From NCBI RefSeq assembly GCF_006345805.1, contig NC_043002.1, forward strand, positions 25,048,001-25,112,000: a DNA stretch of 64,000 nucleotides. The letters run 5' to 3'. Origin of the DNA: Octopus sinensis. Lineage: Eukaryota. The notes beneath the pieces were generated by a model, which saw only the letters and a list, made by a program, of their open reading frames with translations, was not told where the DNA came from and made no database searches. The translations under genes and the position numbers were made by a program. Below are positions 1 through 10,904 of the stretch, in pieces; position 1 is the first letter of the stretch; each line of letters opens with the position of its first letter.

Positions 1-641
1 TGTACTCACACAGATGAAAAATATTTCTGTGAAATATGTGGTAAAGAATTTTCTAGTAACCATAAATTGTTAAACCATAAGCGTACTCATGTAAGTGAAA
101 AACCATATGAGTGTGACATCTGTGGGAAATCATTTTCATTTAATTATAAATTAACTGTTCACAAATATACCCACACAGGAGAAAAGCCACACCAATGTGA
201 AATTTGTGGAAAATCATTTGCATACAATTATAAACTAACGAATCATGTACGTAGTCACACAGGAGAAAAGCCATTCAATTGTGATATATGTGAGAAATCT
301 TATTCTACATGCAGCCTCTTAACAGATCATCAACGTATTCACACAGGAGAAAAACCTTACGTCTGTGACATTTGTGATGAAGCATTTCCTAGTAGTAAGA
401 AATTATTGCATCACAAACATCTTCATACAGGAGAGAAACCATATCATTGTGACATATGTGGGAATGGATTTTCTCATCCTTCTGGTGTATCCGTTCATAA
501 ACGTATTATCCACGATGGAGTAAAACCATACCCCTGTGACTTGTGTGGGGAAGCATTCCTTACTCGTAGAAAATTATCACACCATAAACGTATTCATACT
601 ACAAATTCATCATCATTATCATTGTCATCTTCATTACCATC

Positions 642-676
<35 letters not shown>

Positions 677-723
677 GTGAATATAAAAATTGTCTTCAGA
701 CTGTAGAGAATGTAGAACATTGA
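1..723 (+). CDS. Tandem C2H2 zinc-finger protein, 3' part (7 complete fingers, Ser-rich tail); CDS begins upstream of the window
   Basis: Frame 1 is open from base 1 (CTHTDEKYFCEICGKEF...) to TGA at 721-723. Seven C-x2-C-x12-H-x3/4-H units, mostly with TGEKP-type linkers. Confidence 0.93.
607..676 (+). repeat. (TCA)n microsatellite encoding the poly-Ser tail of the ZNF protein
   Basis: Imperfect then perfect TCA repeats, in frame, giving SSSLSLSSSLPSSSSSSSSSSSS. Confidence 0.9.
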
Positions 724-1650
724 AGTTGTTGTTTTTCAAAACTATATAAATCTTTTAAAATGTATGGAGGTGAATGTTGTTATTAAGTTGTTTGTGTAAA
801 CCTTCTTCATTGGTATGGTACTTGATTCCACATCTTGCCTTCCATCTGCTCTATTTAACATCGTATTAATGTTTTATTAACCTATAACATCATACTATTG
901 CCGCCTGTAGTTTCCATAGTGAGACAGTAATGAGGCTAAAATATCACACTACTTCCTTTTCTTATTTCTCCCAGTGTTTCTCATTCTATTTTGTTTAAGA
1001 GACAGTTGGGTAATGTGCGTAAGTCTTGGAGGTACTCTCAGACTGGTGAGGTTGACATGCTTAACTTCAATTTCTGCAAGTCACTGTCAGGAAAACATAT
1101 AGTGGGAGCATGTATCAAGTGTTTTACAACTCTGAAGAGAAAGGTTTGGGAGGTAAGTAAAGCAAAGTAAGGATAATAAGAGATGTAGCGATAAGTAGAA
1201 GTGATTTCTAGTTTCCTTTTAAAAGATCAGCATCTGTTTTTGGTAAGAAAAGAAAGACAAAGAAAAACATGCAGTTCGGTGGTGAGTTAGTGAATGATAG
1301 TTTATCTATCATTCTGATGATCTCTTTAGACATGATCCACAATGTTTTATATGAAGCAGCTGTGCAACAAATAATTGATGAATATATTTCCTAATAAACA
1401 GGTTATTTCTAGCCTTATATTTTCTATTATTTAACTATCTGCTGTAAATCTTTTACAAGTAATTCTGCAGTTAAATGTTTCAGTGAAATAACGTTTATTT
1501 CTGAAGGTCAGTAGTATAATTAGATGTCATTGCACCAATTGAGGAAAGTGTTTAGTGTTTACAAACAAATTTTATAAAAATGGTTTGGTGGTTTGGCACT
1601 CTTAGAAAGAAACCATTTTGCAATACAGATAGTATTATAAAAGGACATAA

Positions 1651-1971
1651 AAAAAAAATGATAAACGTTGCCCTTTTCAAGCCTAGCCAGGCTCATGGGC
1701 CCCGGTTTCCTGGTTTCTGTGGCGTATGTGTTCCCCCCAGCTGGATGGGACGCCAGTCCATCGCAGTGTTACTCAAGAAAGAGGAAGAGAGAGCGAGAGA
1801 AAGTTGTGGTGGAAGAGTACAACAGGAGTCACCACCACCCCCTGCCAGAGCCTCATGGGGCTTTTAGGTGTTTTTGCTCAATAAACACACACAACGCCCG
1901 GTCTGGGAATCAGAACTGCGATACTCCAATCGCGAGTCCGCTGCCCTAACCACTGGGCCATTGCGCCTCCA
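1651..1971 (-). mobile_element. tRNA-derived SINE (family 3) with V-domain-like body
   Basis: Minus strand reads TGGAGGCGCAATGGCCCAGTGGTTAGGGCAGCGGACTCGCG (A box TGGCCCAGTGG) and a degenerate B box GTTCTGATTCC. Body contains GCGATGGACTGGCGTCCCATCCAG; T-rich tail. Confidence 0.75.
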
Positions 1972-2292
1972 TATAAGGACATTTGCTTCAGTTATTTTCC
2001 ATAAGGTAACTTGATGGACACTCAACTGTTTATATTTCATATTGAGTCATGGTTCACTTTGATAACAGATTAAATTATAGTTTACAAAGGAAAGGGGGGA
2101 AAAACAGCAAATTTAAGAGGTTGAAGAGAGTAGATTAAAGCCTTTTCAAAGTATTGTTTGGTTGTAGAAAAGTTGATATATTTCTTAATGTAAGTCTTTA
2201 CATTGAAATTGGCATTTTAACTACATTAAAAATTAATTTAACAAAAACACTATCAAATAATCCTTAAAGGATGATATTTTAAAAGTGCTGAC

Positions 2293-2595
2293 CAGAGGTG
2301 GTGCCAGGTTCAAAAGTTAGGGTGTGGGGCACAAAAAAAATGGTTCCATGACACACACCAAACATTTTTTATCTCAGTTCTCTTACAGTGCGCTCAATAT
2401 TTCATTAGTTATACGTAATTGTATTCTGCATTCAATAATTTCGTGTTTCAATAACTATGTCATTATGTATGAAACTTACAGCTACTGATGTAGGTAACTA
2501 AAGAGTTAAAAAAAATTGTTGAAATGAAGCCAGTTTTGAAAATCTACTTAGGGACAGCGACCACTCTCCTGGCTCCCCTATTAGCTACGCCCCTG
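2293..2595. mobile_element. Old non-autonomous hAT-like MITE
   Basis: Degenerate TIRs (CAGAGGTGGTGCC ... GCTACGCCCCTG). Flanking 8-mers GTGCTGAC / GTGTTGGC match 6/8, consistent with a decayed 8-bp TSD. Confidence 0.5.
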
Positions 2596-2616
2596 GTGTT
2601 GGCATGGTTAAAGCAC

Positions 2617-2800
2617 AGGTATGTCTGTGTAGTTAAGAAGTTCACTTCCTAATCATGTGGTCTTGGGTTAACTCCTACTGCATAGAACCTTGGGCTAGTG
2701 TCTTTTGTTATAAGCCTGATGTGATAAGTGTCACAGGATGAATTTGGTAGACAAAAGCTATATGAAGCCTGCTGTATGTAGTAAATATGATGTATGTATG
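2617..2800 (+). mobile_element. Degenerate 5' half of SINE family 1
   Basis: Diverged match to the head of the 10899-11290 copy (..GTAGTTAAGAAGTT..CCTTGGGCTAGTGTC..TTTGGTAGAC..). Confidence 0.55.
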
Positions 2801-3120
2801 TGTGTGTGTGTGTACGTGCACACATTTGTGTGAATATCGACATTCTGCATTTGGCATGCTAAGAGAAGAAGCTGGTTCAACCCACCCTGGGTGAATGCCA
2901 TCACAAGTACAAGCATGCTAAAACGTTGAGCTACAAACGGCCGTGTTTGTTGATATGTTACCAAATTGTTCACTAGGTCTGTACATGTAAAAAGACTAAT
3001 ATAATGAGAACTTCTTTTGAAAAACAAGGGATGGACATTTAGCTGCAAAGCTGTTTCAGTATAGTATGTGTTTGTCTAACCGTGATGTAAAACAAATGAA
3101 GATTGATATTTTAGTTATAA

Positions 3121-3516
3121 CTAGCAGTATCGCCCGGCGTTGCTCGGGTTTGTAAGGGAAATAACTATATAAGCATTTTTAGAGATGTAAAGTATAATAG
3201 CCATCTCAATATGGCTAACCACAAAGGGGGGGGGATGTTACTGTAGCTTTTTACGTTCTGAGATTTAATAATACATTTTTAGAGAGTTACTTCCCTTATA
3301 TAATAGCAAAAAATGCATTAAAAATTGGAAAAAAATGATAAATTTTTTTAAAAATCGTAGACTCATCGTAGATGCGCGCTAATACACAGAAGGGCTCGAT
3401 ATGAATCATGACTATAAGATACCCGCTTTTGGTTACACTGCACCGCAAAATGTGGGAGTAGTTAGGAATCTAAATCGTAGGAGGCAGACACACAACCTAT
3501 CTTTTATATATGAAGA
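3121..3516 (-). mobile_element. Non-autonomous Helitron (396 bp)
   Basis: On the minus strand: A|TC 5' end, subterminal hairpin CCCGAGCAACGCCGGG, CTAG|T 3' end, no TSD. Confidence 0.85.
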
Positions 3517-4186
3517 TTACAAAAAACTTAACTTTATATGCTGGAGGGCTGTTAAAAGATATTACCTGGAATCATGAAATCTAAACACAGTTGAATATCT
3601 TAGTTCTGCTTACACGCACATTTATATATGGGGCTTCTTTACAAACTAGTGTCCTAATGTTGAAGAATCTGGATAAATGATTAATTACTGATTTATCAGT
3701 TAAGAGCTGGATATAACTGTGACTTCAGGAAACTGAATTACAGGCATGTTACACAGCATTTTATGTTCAGTGAAGGTTTACAACTAATTTGAATTATAAA
3801 TTTGGAAGACTGGGGTTAACAATTTTTACATACATCCATGTTGATTAGAACAGTGGAAATAAAAAGGTGTTTAGTTCATTTAAGTTTTCTACCACAAGGG
3901 AGACTACTCTTGTTTTCACAAAGGTTATAACCACTGACGAAGAAAAAATGAGTGCTAGATTGTGGTCAAAATATTGTGAGGGAGTGGGAGAGGAAAGCTA
4001 TCAGGATAAAAGCAATAGGGGAGGGATAGAAGGAAGAGATAAGAATCTAAGGAAGGAATATGTGTGAGCAAAGGGAGGTGGAGTGATATGTTTGAAAAGC
4101 ACTAAGGTAAAGAAAATGATACGGGGAGGTGTACTAAAGTGAGTAGTAAATCTCAAAAGGGAAGGGAAGAAAGAAGGGAGAGAAGA

Positions 4187-6000
4187 AATAATATAATAAT
4201 AATAATGAAATTATTGTATACAGTGCTCAGGTGCACCACAACTTGTCAGAAAGTGCATATAAAGTACATGCAGTAATGTAGAAATGTCTGGAAAGTGAGC
4301 ATGCTTGTGTGTGTATGGAGGGGAGAAAATCAAGTGTAGTGTTGGCGAATCTCAGGAAGCATGGAAGTCTTGAAGGATGCAGTGCTCCGACAACTAACAA
4401 CCGATGCCGGCAGTTTGTTCCACGCTTCAGCAACTCTCAGCGTGAAAAAATGTTTCCTGAAGTCATGGGAGCTGTGCTGTTTTCTTACTTTGTAAATATG
4501 TCCACGGGTGTTAGTTGGGTGGAGTTTGAAGAGGTGCTCAGTGTTATTGTTTGTGCGATGGTTGATAATTTTATGGGTGTCTGCCAGGTCAGCTGCCAGA
4601 CGTCGGAGTTTCAATGTGTCCATGCCCAGGGAAGTAAGGCGTTCAGGATATGGCAAATGCCTGATGGAGGGTATTCTTTTGGTTGCACGTCGCTGAACAG
4701 CTTCCAGACGATTGATGTCCTGGGCAAGATAGGGGTTCCAGACCGGTGATGCAAATTCCAGGTGAGGTCTTACCATAGCTATATAAAGCCGCAGATAGAT
4801 AGCCGGAGAGCGGCTCACAAAGGATTTGGTGAGTGATGCCAAGACACCCTCAGCCTTCTTGACAATTTTGGCGATGTGTTTTGTCCAACGCAAATCACTG
4901 TCGACAATAACACCCAGGTCACGTTCACTTGAAGACTTTTTGAGACTAGTGTTGTGGAGGGAGTAGGTGGACGCTGGGTTTCTCCTCCCAAAATGCATGG
5001 TGGTACATTTGTCCACAGCCAGCTTGAGTTGCCAGTCCATGATCCACTGCTGCATTGTGTCCAGGTCTGCTTGCAATAGAGATCCATAGTGTATAGGATT
5101 TGACCTCTTTATTTCGAGGTACAGCTTGATGTCATCTGCATATTTCAGCACTGTGGCATTCTTTAAGTTGGCATCTATGTCATTAACATATGCAACAAAT
5201 AAAAGGGGGCCAAGAACAGATCCCTGCGGCACACCAGATGTCATCTCATAGGGCGAAGAGTGCTGTCCTAGAACTGTGACAACCTCTTTTCGGCCGAAAA
5301 TAAAGGACTTTAACCAGTTATAGAGTTCGTCTCTTACACCCAACGCAGAAAGCTTCACCATAAGTCTTTTGTGTGGCACAGAGTTAAAAGCCTTAGCAAA
5401 GTCCAGGTAAACAACATCCACCCAGGATCCGCGATCAGTGATTTGGGTAACATCCTCAAAAAACTCGATGAGTTGATTACAGCAGCTGGAGTTAGGAATA
5501 AATCCGAATTGTGACGGCTGGGTGAGGCTGTGAGACTTCCAGAAGTTCCAGAGGGTTTCTCTGATACAGGATTCCATCAGTTTGGCGATGCAGCTGGTAA
5601 GACTGACGGGGCGATAGTTGACAGGCGATGTGCGGTCGCCTTTTTTGAACAGAGGGATGACACTGGCAGTTTTCCACTGTTCTGGAGTAACACCATTGTC
5701 AAGACAGAATTGGAAGAATAGAGAAAGTTGGCTTAGAAGAAAGTACCCACCGCGTTTGAGAAGTAGGTATGTAACACCATCGAGACCAGGAGAGGCATAA
5801 TTGCGTTTATTCTTTAGGTGGCGTTGCAGCATTGCTGGTGTAAATTGCATAGAAGATATAGAGTCCGATGTCAGTGGTGATGATGATGGAACATTTTGGT
5901 CTTCGACGGTAAAGATGCCGGCATAGCATCCAGCAATGATTTCTGCACCAAAAAACCAAACAATTCACCACCTTGGGTTGAAAAGTTGGGGGCGCTGGCA
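4187..6000 (-). mobile_element. 5'-truncated CR1/L2-group LINE (RT, 3' UTR and (TTA)n tail)
   Basis: RT ORF 4330-5850. Upstream in-frame AEIIAGCYAGIFTVED resembles the LINE pre-RT linker. Short 3' UTR with GTGC-ACCTGA-GCAC stem-loop; (AAT)n on the plus strand at about 4187-4206. Confidence 0.92.
4330..5850 (-). CDS. Non-LTR retrotransposon reverse transcriptase, uninterrupted 506-aa ORF, no endonuclease
   Basis: Motifs SPGLDG, YRPVSLTS, QFGF, YLDFAKAFNSV, GVPQGSVLGPLLF, YADD, RDLGV, RPHLEFASPVWNP. Confidence 0.9.
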   Translation of the reverse strand: MQFTPAMLQRHLKNKRNYASPGLDGVTYLLLKRGGYFLLSQLSLFFQFCLDNGVTPEQWKTASVIPLFKKGDRTSPVNYRPVSLTSCIAKLMESCIRETLWNFWKSHSLTQPSQFGFIPNSSCCNQLIEFFEDVTQITDRGSWVDVVYLDFAKAFNSVPHKRLMVKLSALGVRDELYNWLKSFIFGRKEVVTVLGQHSSPYEMTSGVPQGSVLGPLLFVAYVNDIDANLKNATVLKYADDIKLYLEIKRSNPIHYGSLLQADLDTMQQWIMDWQLKLAVDKCTTMHFGRRNPASTYSLHNTSLKKSSSERDLGVIVDSDLRWTKHIAKIVKKAEGVLASLTKSFVSRSPAIYLRLYIAMVRPHLEFASPVWNPYLAQDINRLEAVQRRATKRIPSIRHLPYPERLTSLGMDTLKLRRLAADLADTHKIINHRTNNNTEHLFKLHPTNTRGHIYKVRKQHSSHDFRKHFFTLRVAEAWNKLPASVVSCRSTASFKTSMLPEIRQHYT

Positions 6001-6014
6001 AACGTCTCTAATGG

Positions 6015-7175
6015 CTATTGAGGCACGCTTGCAGCGTTGCCGCGGGTGATGGCGAGGTTGATGCGCTGGAACAGCCAAGCGCACTCACGAGCCTCTGCAA
6101 GGCGAGTTGCCAGTGAAGACAGGATTCTCGCAGTTATTGGTCCGACTCCACCAAACAGATCGCAGTATTTCAGGATTTTGTTCCGCTCAGTCGCAGAAGC
6201 TGTGGATCTCGGCCTGACCACAGCATCCAAGATGTGAGAAGCGAAGGAGTAGCTAACCGTGACATCCCAGACAAGGCATTTGCCTTGCAACCAGGAGCAC
6301 AGGGTGAGGCTGCCAGGTCTCTTCCCATCGCATCTAGGCAATCCAGATGGTTTCAAGATGGAGGGGATGTTTGTCAGGGCCAAGCTCCTCTTGCGTATCA
6401 GGCTCAATTCCGTATGACGCGCGAAGCGACTAGCATTCAGATGGCAAGAAAGGCCATGGAGACCTGTGGAATCGAGGAGCCTACCACAACGACAGATCAA
6501 ACCCGTGCATACGTCAGCTCCCACTCTGAGGGCAATGGGGAAACGAGGTTTGTCCAAGCTGAGTAGGCCACCTACATTATTCACAGGGATGGCATCAATC
6601 CAGTCACCTGAATATTTGGCGCTAGCAGACAGTAAGCGGCACCTTGAAAACTAGTCCAACTAGATGAAGAGGGAGTCGAAGGTGGCATTCGAAATTATGA
6701 TTCCGACAGTCCTCCACCTTCTCAGGAGCAGACAAGTCCAATTTCCTCCAGTTTTGGAGAGCTTCATCCAACTCCCTGTTGGAACTGATCCATGTTGGAG
6801 AGGAGAGAATGTTGCTCACCAGGGTGAAGCAGGTGTGGGTGGAGGAAAGGAAGCAAGGAAGAGAGAGGGACGAACACTTACGAAGACCAAGACTTCTAAA
6901 TCGCTTGGTCAATGCAGCCTGATCGTGGGATGTTGGAGAGAGTCTGACATTGACTAAGCATTCGAGTCTCTCAAAGATTAGATTGTCAAAGCGTTGGAGG
7001 CACGGTGGGAATCGGTAAGATGAGCTGACTCTGAGTAAATACAGAAGCTTAGGGATCGAGAGGTAATTCCTAAGTATGAAAAAGCCTTGATGGGGTTCGA
7101 TAGCTTCAAGGGCAGCCACCTTCGACTGGAAGATGGACTCAAAGGCAGGTCAGTGATTGGGATTCCTGTGAACTA
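6015..7175 (-). mobile_element. Decayed 3' fragment of a CRE-like non-LTR retrotransposon with restriction-like endonuclease (RLE)
   Basis: Frameshifted ORFs 6622-7119 (ILRNYLSIPKLLYLLR..QAAL..LGLR..LSLPCFLSS, post-RT region) and 6015-6584 (CRCGRLLDSTGLHGLSC knuckle, RH, DGKRP[D>G]SLTLCSW..GKCLVWDVT, LAITRGNAASV). This CCHC-type plus PD-(D/E)xK layout is typical of RLE elements. Confidence 0.8.
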
Positions 7176-7214
7176 CAATGAACAAAACATGAAAGATATG
7201 ACTTATAATTTTTT

Positions 7215-7289
7215 TTGGGCGCAGGGGTTCCTTGAGACATGTAATTTATTTTAAGGGTTACGCAAGGGTAAAAAGGTTGAGAAACACTG
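7215..7289. mobile_element. Terminal fragment of a hAT/Charlie-type DNA transposon
   Basis: Ends in AAAAGGTTGAGAAACACTG (reverse complement CAGTGTTTCTCAACC, a Charlie-type TIR). Partner TIR not found. Confidence 0.5.
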
Positions 7290-7456
7290 CGCTAAGGTAT
7301 GATTTGAGAAGTATATCGCATCTGTTTCTAGCAGGTCCCCTTTGTTTCGCCGACAGTTACCTTTTGTTAAAGAATTAACAGGCAGTATAAGAAACTAGGT
7401 TGTTGTTCGTGCAAACGTGAGCCCGTGAAGGAATCAAAAGATCTAAAATGTCAACA

Positions 7457-7636
7457 TTCTTTTACTTGTTTCGAACAAATTGATCCCAGGACTTATTCTT
7501 TGTAAATCTAGCACTTATTCTGTCGATCTCTTTTGCCGAACCGCTACGTTACGGGGACATAAACACGCCAACATCGGTTGTCAAACGATGGTGGTGATGG
7601 GACAAACACAGACATACACACACAGATATAATACAT

Positions 7637-7673
<37 letters not shown>

Positions 7674-7812
7674 CACGACAGGCATTCAGTTTCCGTTTAC
7701 TAAAATACATTCAAAAGGCTTTGGTCAGTCCGAGGCACTTGACCAAGGTGTCACACAGTAGGACTGAACCCGGAACCATGCGATTGGGAAGCAAGCTTCT
7801 TACCACACACAC
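7457..7812 (-). mobile_element. SINE family 1 (tRNA-like head, internal (TA/CA)n)
   Basis: Reverse-complement match to 10899-11290, with an internal deletion near the 3' end. Confidence 0.85.
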
Positions 7813-9642
7813 ACACACTGCGCCTATCATGTCAAAAAAATGAAAAGAAAAATGACAAGAAGGTAAAAAATAGCATTTTTACCTTCTCTTATTCACATGC
7901 AATTACCTTCTCTTTTTATTCACATCGTTTGTTATCAGATTTTGCCAAGTTACGTTTTTTTTTAAAAATTACTGTTCATTGTTTACTGATAGAAACATTG
8001 TATTGAATATTGTACATCTTTACAATGACAAAATCGATAAAAGACAAATTTTTATCGATTCCGTTTGAATCTATCAAAGACAAGGGGGGAATAAAAAAAT
8101 CAGTAACGGGTGGGAGCAGCAACAATGGAAATATAAAAAACTTCACTCGGGTTTACTGAATTACGTAAACGAACAAGTGAGTGAGAAAATATAATATAAA
8201 TGAGTGCATATCAGTGAGAATTGCTCCTCCTTTACATTAATTTCTTATTTTTTCTCAGTGTCGGATTTATTGGAAAGGGGACATAAAACTGTTGGAAAAT
8301 TCTGTATTTCCGGTTTGTTATTTTTCTTCGTATTCTGAATCTGTTTTTGGATCAACGGTGAATATAAAAGCAGTGTTTTATCTGTGGTTAAGAGTATTTA
8401 AGGGCTACGCAGAAAAAGTGTAGAGTGAAGTTGAACTGTACAGAGGTTTTAAGGAGAGGAACTGATGATACATTGCGGTAAGTTAAACGTTTGTTTGGTA
8501 TGTTAATGTTGGGAGTGTACTGTTTGTTGACAGTTTGTTCTACCTGCTAGAAACAACAACCAAATCTCTCTCAAATCACATGCTGTCAACTAAAAAGTAC
8601 GCATTTGATAATGTAGTCTTTGACACACTAGGTTCGGTAAAAACTAAGGATGGCTTGGTCAAAACTGGGACGGTTTAGGTCAGAGCTAAGGTTGGTCTAA
8701 ACGACAACTGTTATTTAGCTGCAGGTTAGCTCTGTTCTTGTACACCCATGGTCAAATCCAGGACCACATCCGTCCGTTATTTATATATAGAGCACTTTAG
8801 TAGTACATTATCTAAAGTGCCCTAATATGAGCATGTCGAGAAATCATCGAGAGGTTATGGTTACTGTTGTTTTGTGTATTTCGGTGGTATTTTATGTGGA
8901 GAGAGAGAGTATTTCTTTATTCACCATAAGGTTGAGAAAAAGAGGGGACAAAACAAACGTTGGGGTCAGGGTATCGAATGAGACGAAACGTATGAATAGA
9001 CAAACAATTAAAATATATACAATTAAATGAGAATGAGTGATTAACAAAAAATGAAGCGGAGGACGCGGTTGACCCCACAAACCACATACGCACACTGAAG
9101 ACTTTGCTTTCTCCAGATTGGACCGAGTCATGTCATTGCATTTAGTGTGCGGCCTCAACATTAATTTGGTTTAATTTTACAACCTTGTATTGATATTGAA
9201 TATTTCTTATTTTGATAACGCGCATAAAATAAAATGTTATGTGATATTTATCATCTGGCATGGAATGGTTATTTAGTGCCTGTGTACTTGTTAACAGTCA
9301 GTTTTCGGGTTGTTACTCTACAGCAGTCGGCACACCCATTTATCAAATCATTTATAGACTTATATTTATTTTACTTTCGTTTCTTGGTTTATGATGATTT
9401 GGACAAAAGTTTTCGTAATAGTACCTTTTTTGAACGGAACATTAGACCGTAGAAAGGCAGATAAAAAGAATATTTCTTCCTTCATAGTTTATTGTATATA
9501 ACAGATAGTAGTGGTTCTGTCATGTAAGTTATCAAGTCTTATATGGAACTGAAGACTACTGACGTGTTTACAAGAAATATTTAGCAATCAACAAGATTAA
9601 TATTTAGGCAATAAACTGGTCTACCGCAGATATAACTGTGTA

Positions 9643-10035
9643 TCTCTCTATATATAAAGCTGAAGTTGTCTGTGTTTGGCAGGTTTTGTAGCCTTCAACT
9701 AAACACTATCTTCTCCGAGACCCTGCGGCGCAAATTGGCCAAAATTGAGAGTATGATAGAAGAATCTTGCTCTTCCTTCCCTAGAAGAAAAAAATTAAAT
9801 CGGACCATGTTAACACCAAAAATTATTTACACCAAAAAGATGCTTTTTTTTCTATGAAAATCCCAATTTTTTACGATTTTTTGACTGCTGTGTCGCCATT
9901 TTTCGGTGTATTTCAACCAGAAAAATGTTCACTTCAAGAGAATAACAAGATACATAATGCAAAATTTTCACTTTTCAAAAATTCCAATTCTAAAGGGTCG
10001 AAACAAACCCGAGCAACGCCGGGCGATACTGCTAG
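9643..10035 (+). mobile_element. Non-autonomous Helitron (393 bp)
   Basis: A|TC at 9642/9643, hairpin CCCGAGCAACGCCGGG, CTAG|T at 10032-10036. The last 33 bp are identical to the 3121-3516 element. Confidence 0.87.
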
Positions 10036-10330
10036 TTATTATTATATCTAAGTATTCGCTTCGAACTGAAGGATAAAAGAAGGAAAAGAAACAAAAACAC
10101 GCCAGATGTCAAGTTTATTTTACAAATGTCTCTCTTTTAGTGGGCGAGCATTACCGTTTTAACTTGATACCTTGATTACTTCACTTTTACGATGTTCAAC
10201 TTCGTAATTTCTTATGGTTTATTGCGATGCTCGCGCGTGTTCCTCACCACCGCATGCAATGTTGTGCTTTGTATTGTTGCTTATTTTTACGCGTTTAATT
10301 AAATGTTTATTTATAAATATTTTGGTTAAA

Positions 10331-10635
10331 TTTTAGGAAAATGGTGTTTTTTCAATGAAATTTTATAGAAATACCTTTCAAATGGCATACATTATGGTTA
10401 TAAAGAAATTTGTGGGGAAAATCTTTTCCAAATGATTGATTAGAGGACTCCGGAAAATTCACAAAATCCGAGTTTTTCCCTCATAACTTTTAGGAAAATG
10501 GTTTTTTTCTTTTCAGTGAAATTTTATATAAATACCTTTGAAGCGTCATACATTACGACTATAAAGTAATTTGTGGAGAGAATCTGAGGTAGGGAGAGGA
10601 CTTTCGGAAAATTCCCAAGATCCGAATTTTTCATC
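10331..10635. repeat. Two diverged tandem copies of a ~157-bp unit, probably internal to a DNA/Helitron-type element
   Basis: TTTTAGGAAAATGG..GAAATTTTATA..AATACCTTT..GGAAAATTC..ATCCGA recurs at 10331 and 10488. Confidence 0.7.
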
Positions 10636-10816
10636 GTTATATACCGAAATCACATTCAACTTTCTACAGATACCCTAGCGTAGTACTACTACACTACATA
10701 GTGTTTATTTCTACCCACTTTCGATAATTTTTAGTGTTTCAGCTTTAATTTTGTTTCATTTTCAATTATTTTTACGCTTTTTTAACCCTTCGTCGTTATT
10801 GTTATTCACCCGTTAT

Positions 10817-10854
<38 letters not shown>

Positions 10855-10859
10855 TTCTC

Positions 10860-10898
<39 letters not shown>

Positions 10899-10904
<6 letters not shown>

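Noticed and set aside
4309-6957. Plus-strand ORFs overlapping the LINE and RLE elements (e.g. 4309-4749, 6234-6566, 6664-6957)
   Set aside because: Antisense shadows of retroelement coding sequence with no independent motifs.
8290-8483. Possible promoter or first exon on + (TTCCGG ETS-like site, CG|GTAAGT donor at 8478)
   Set aside because: Only short motifs, and no downstream coding exon identified.
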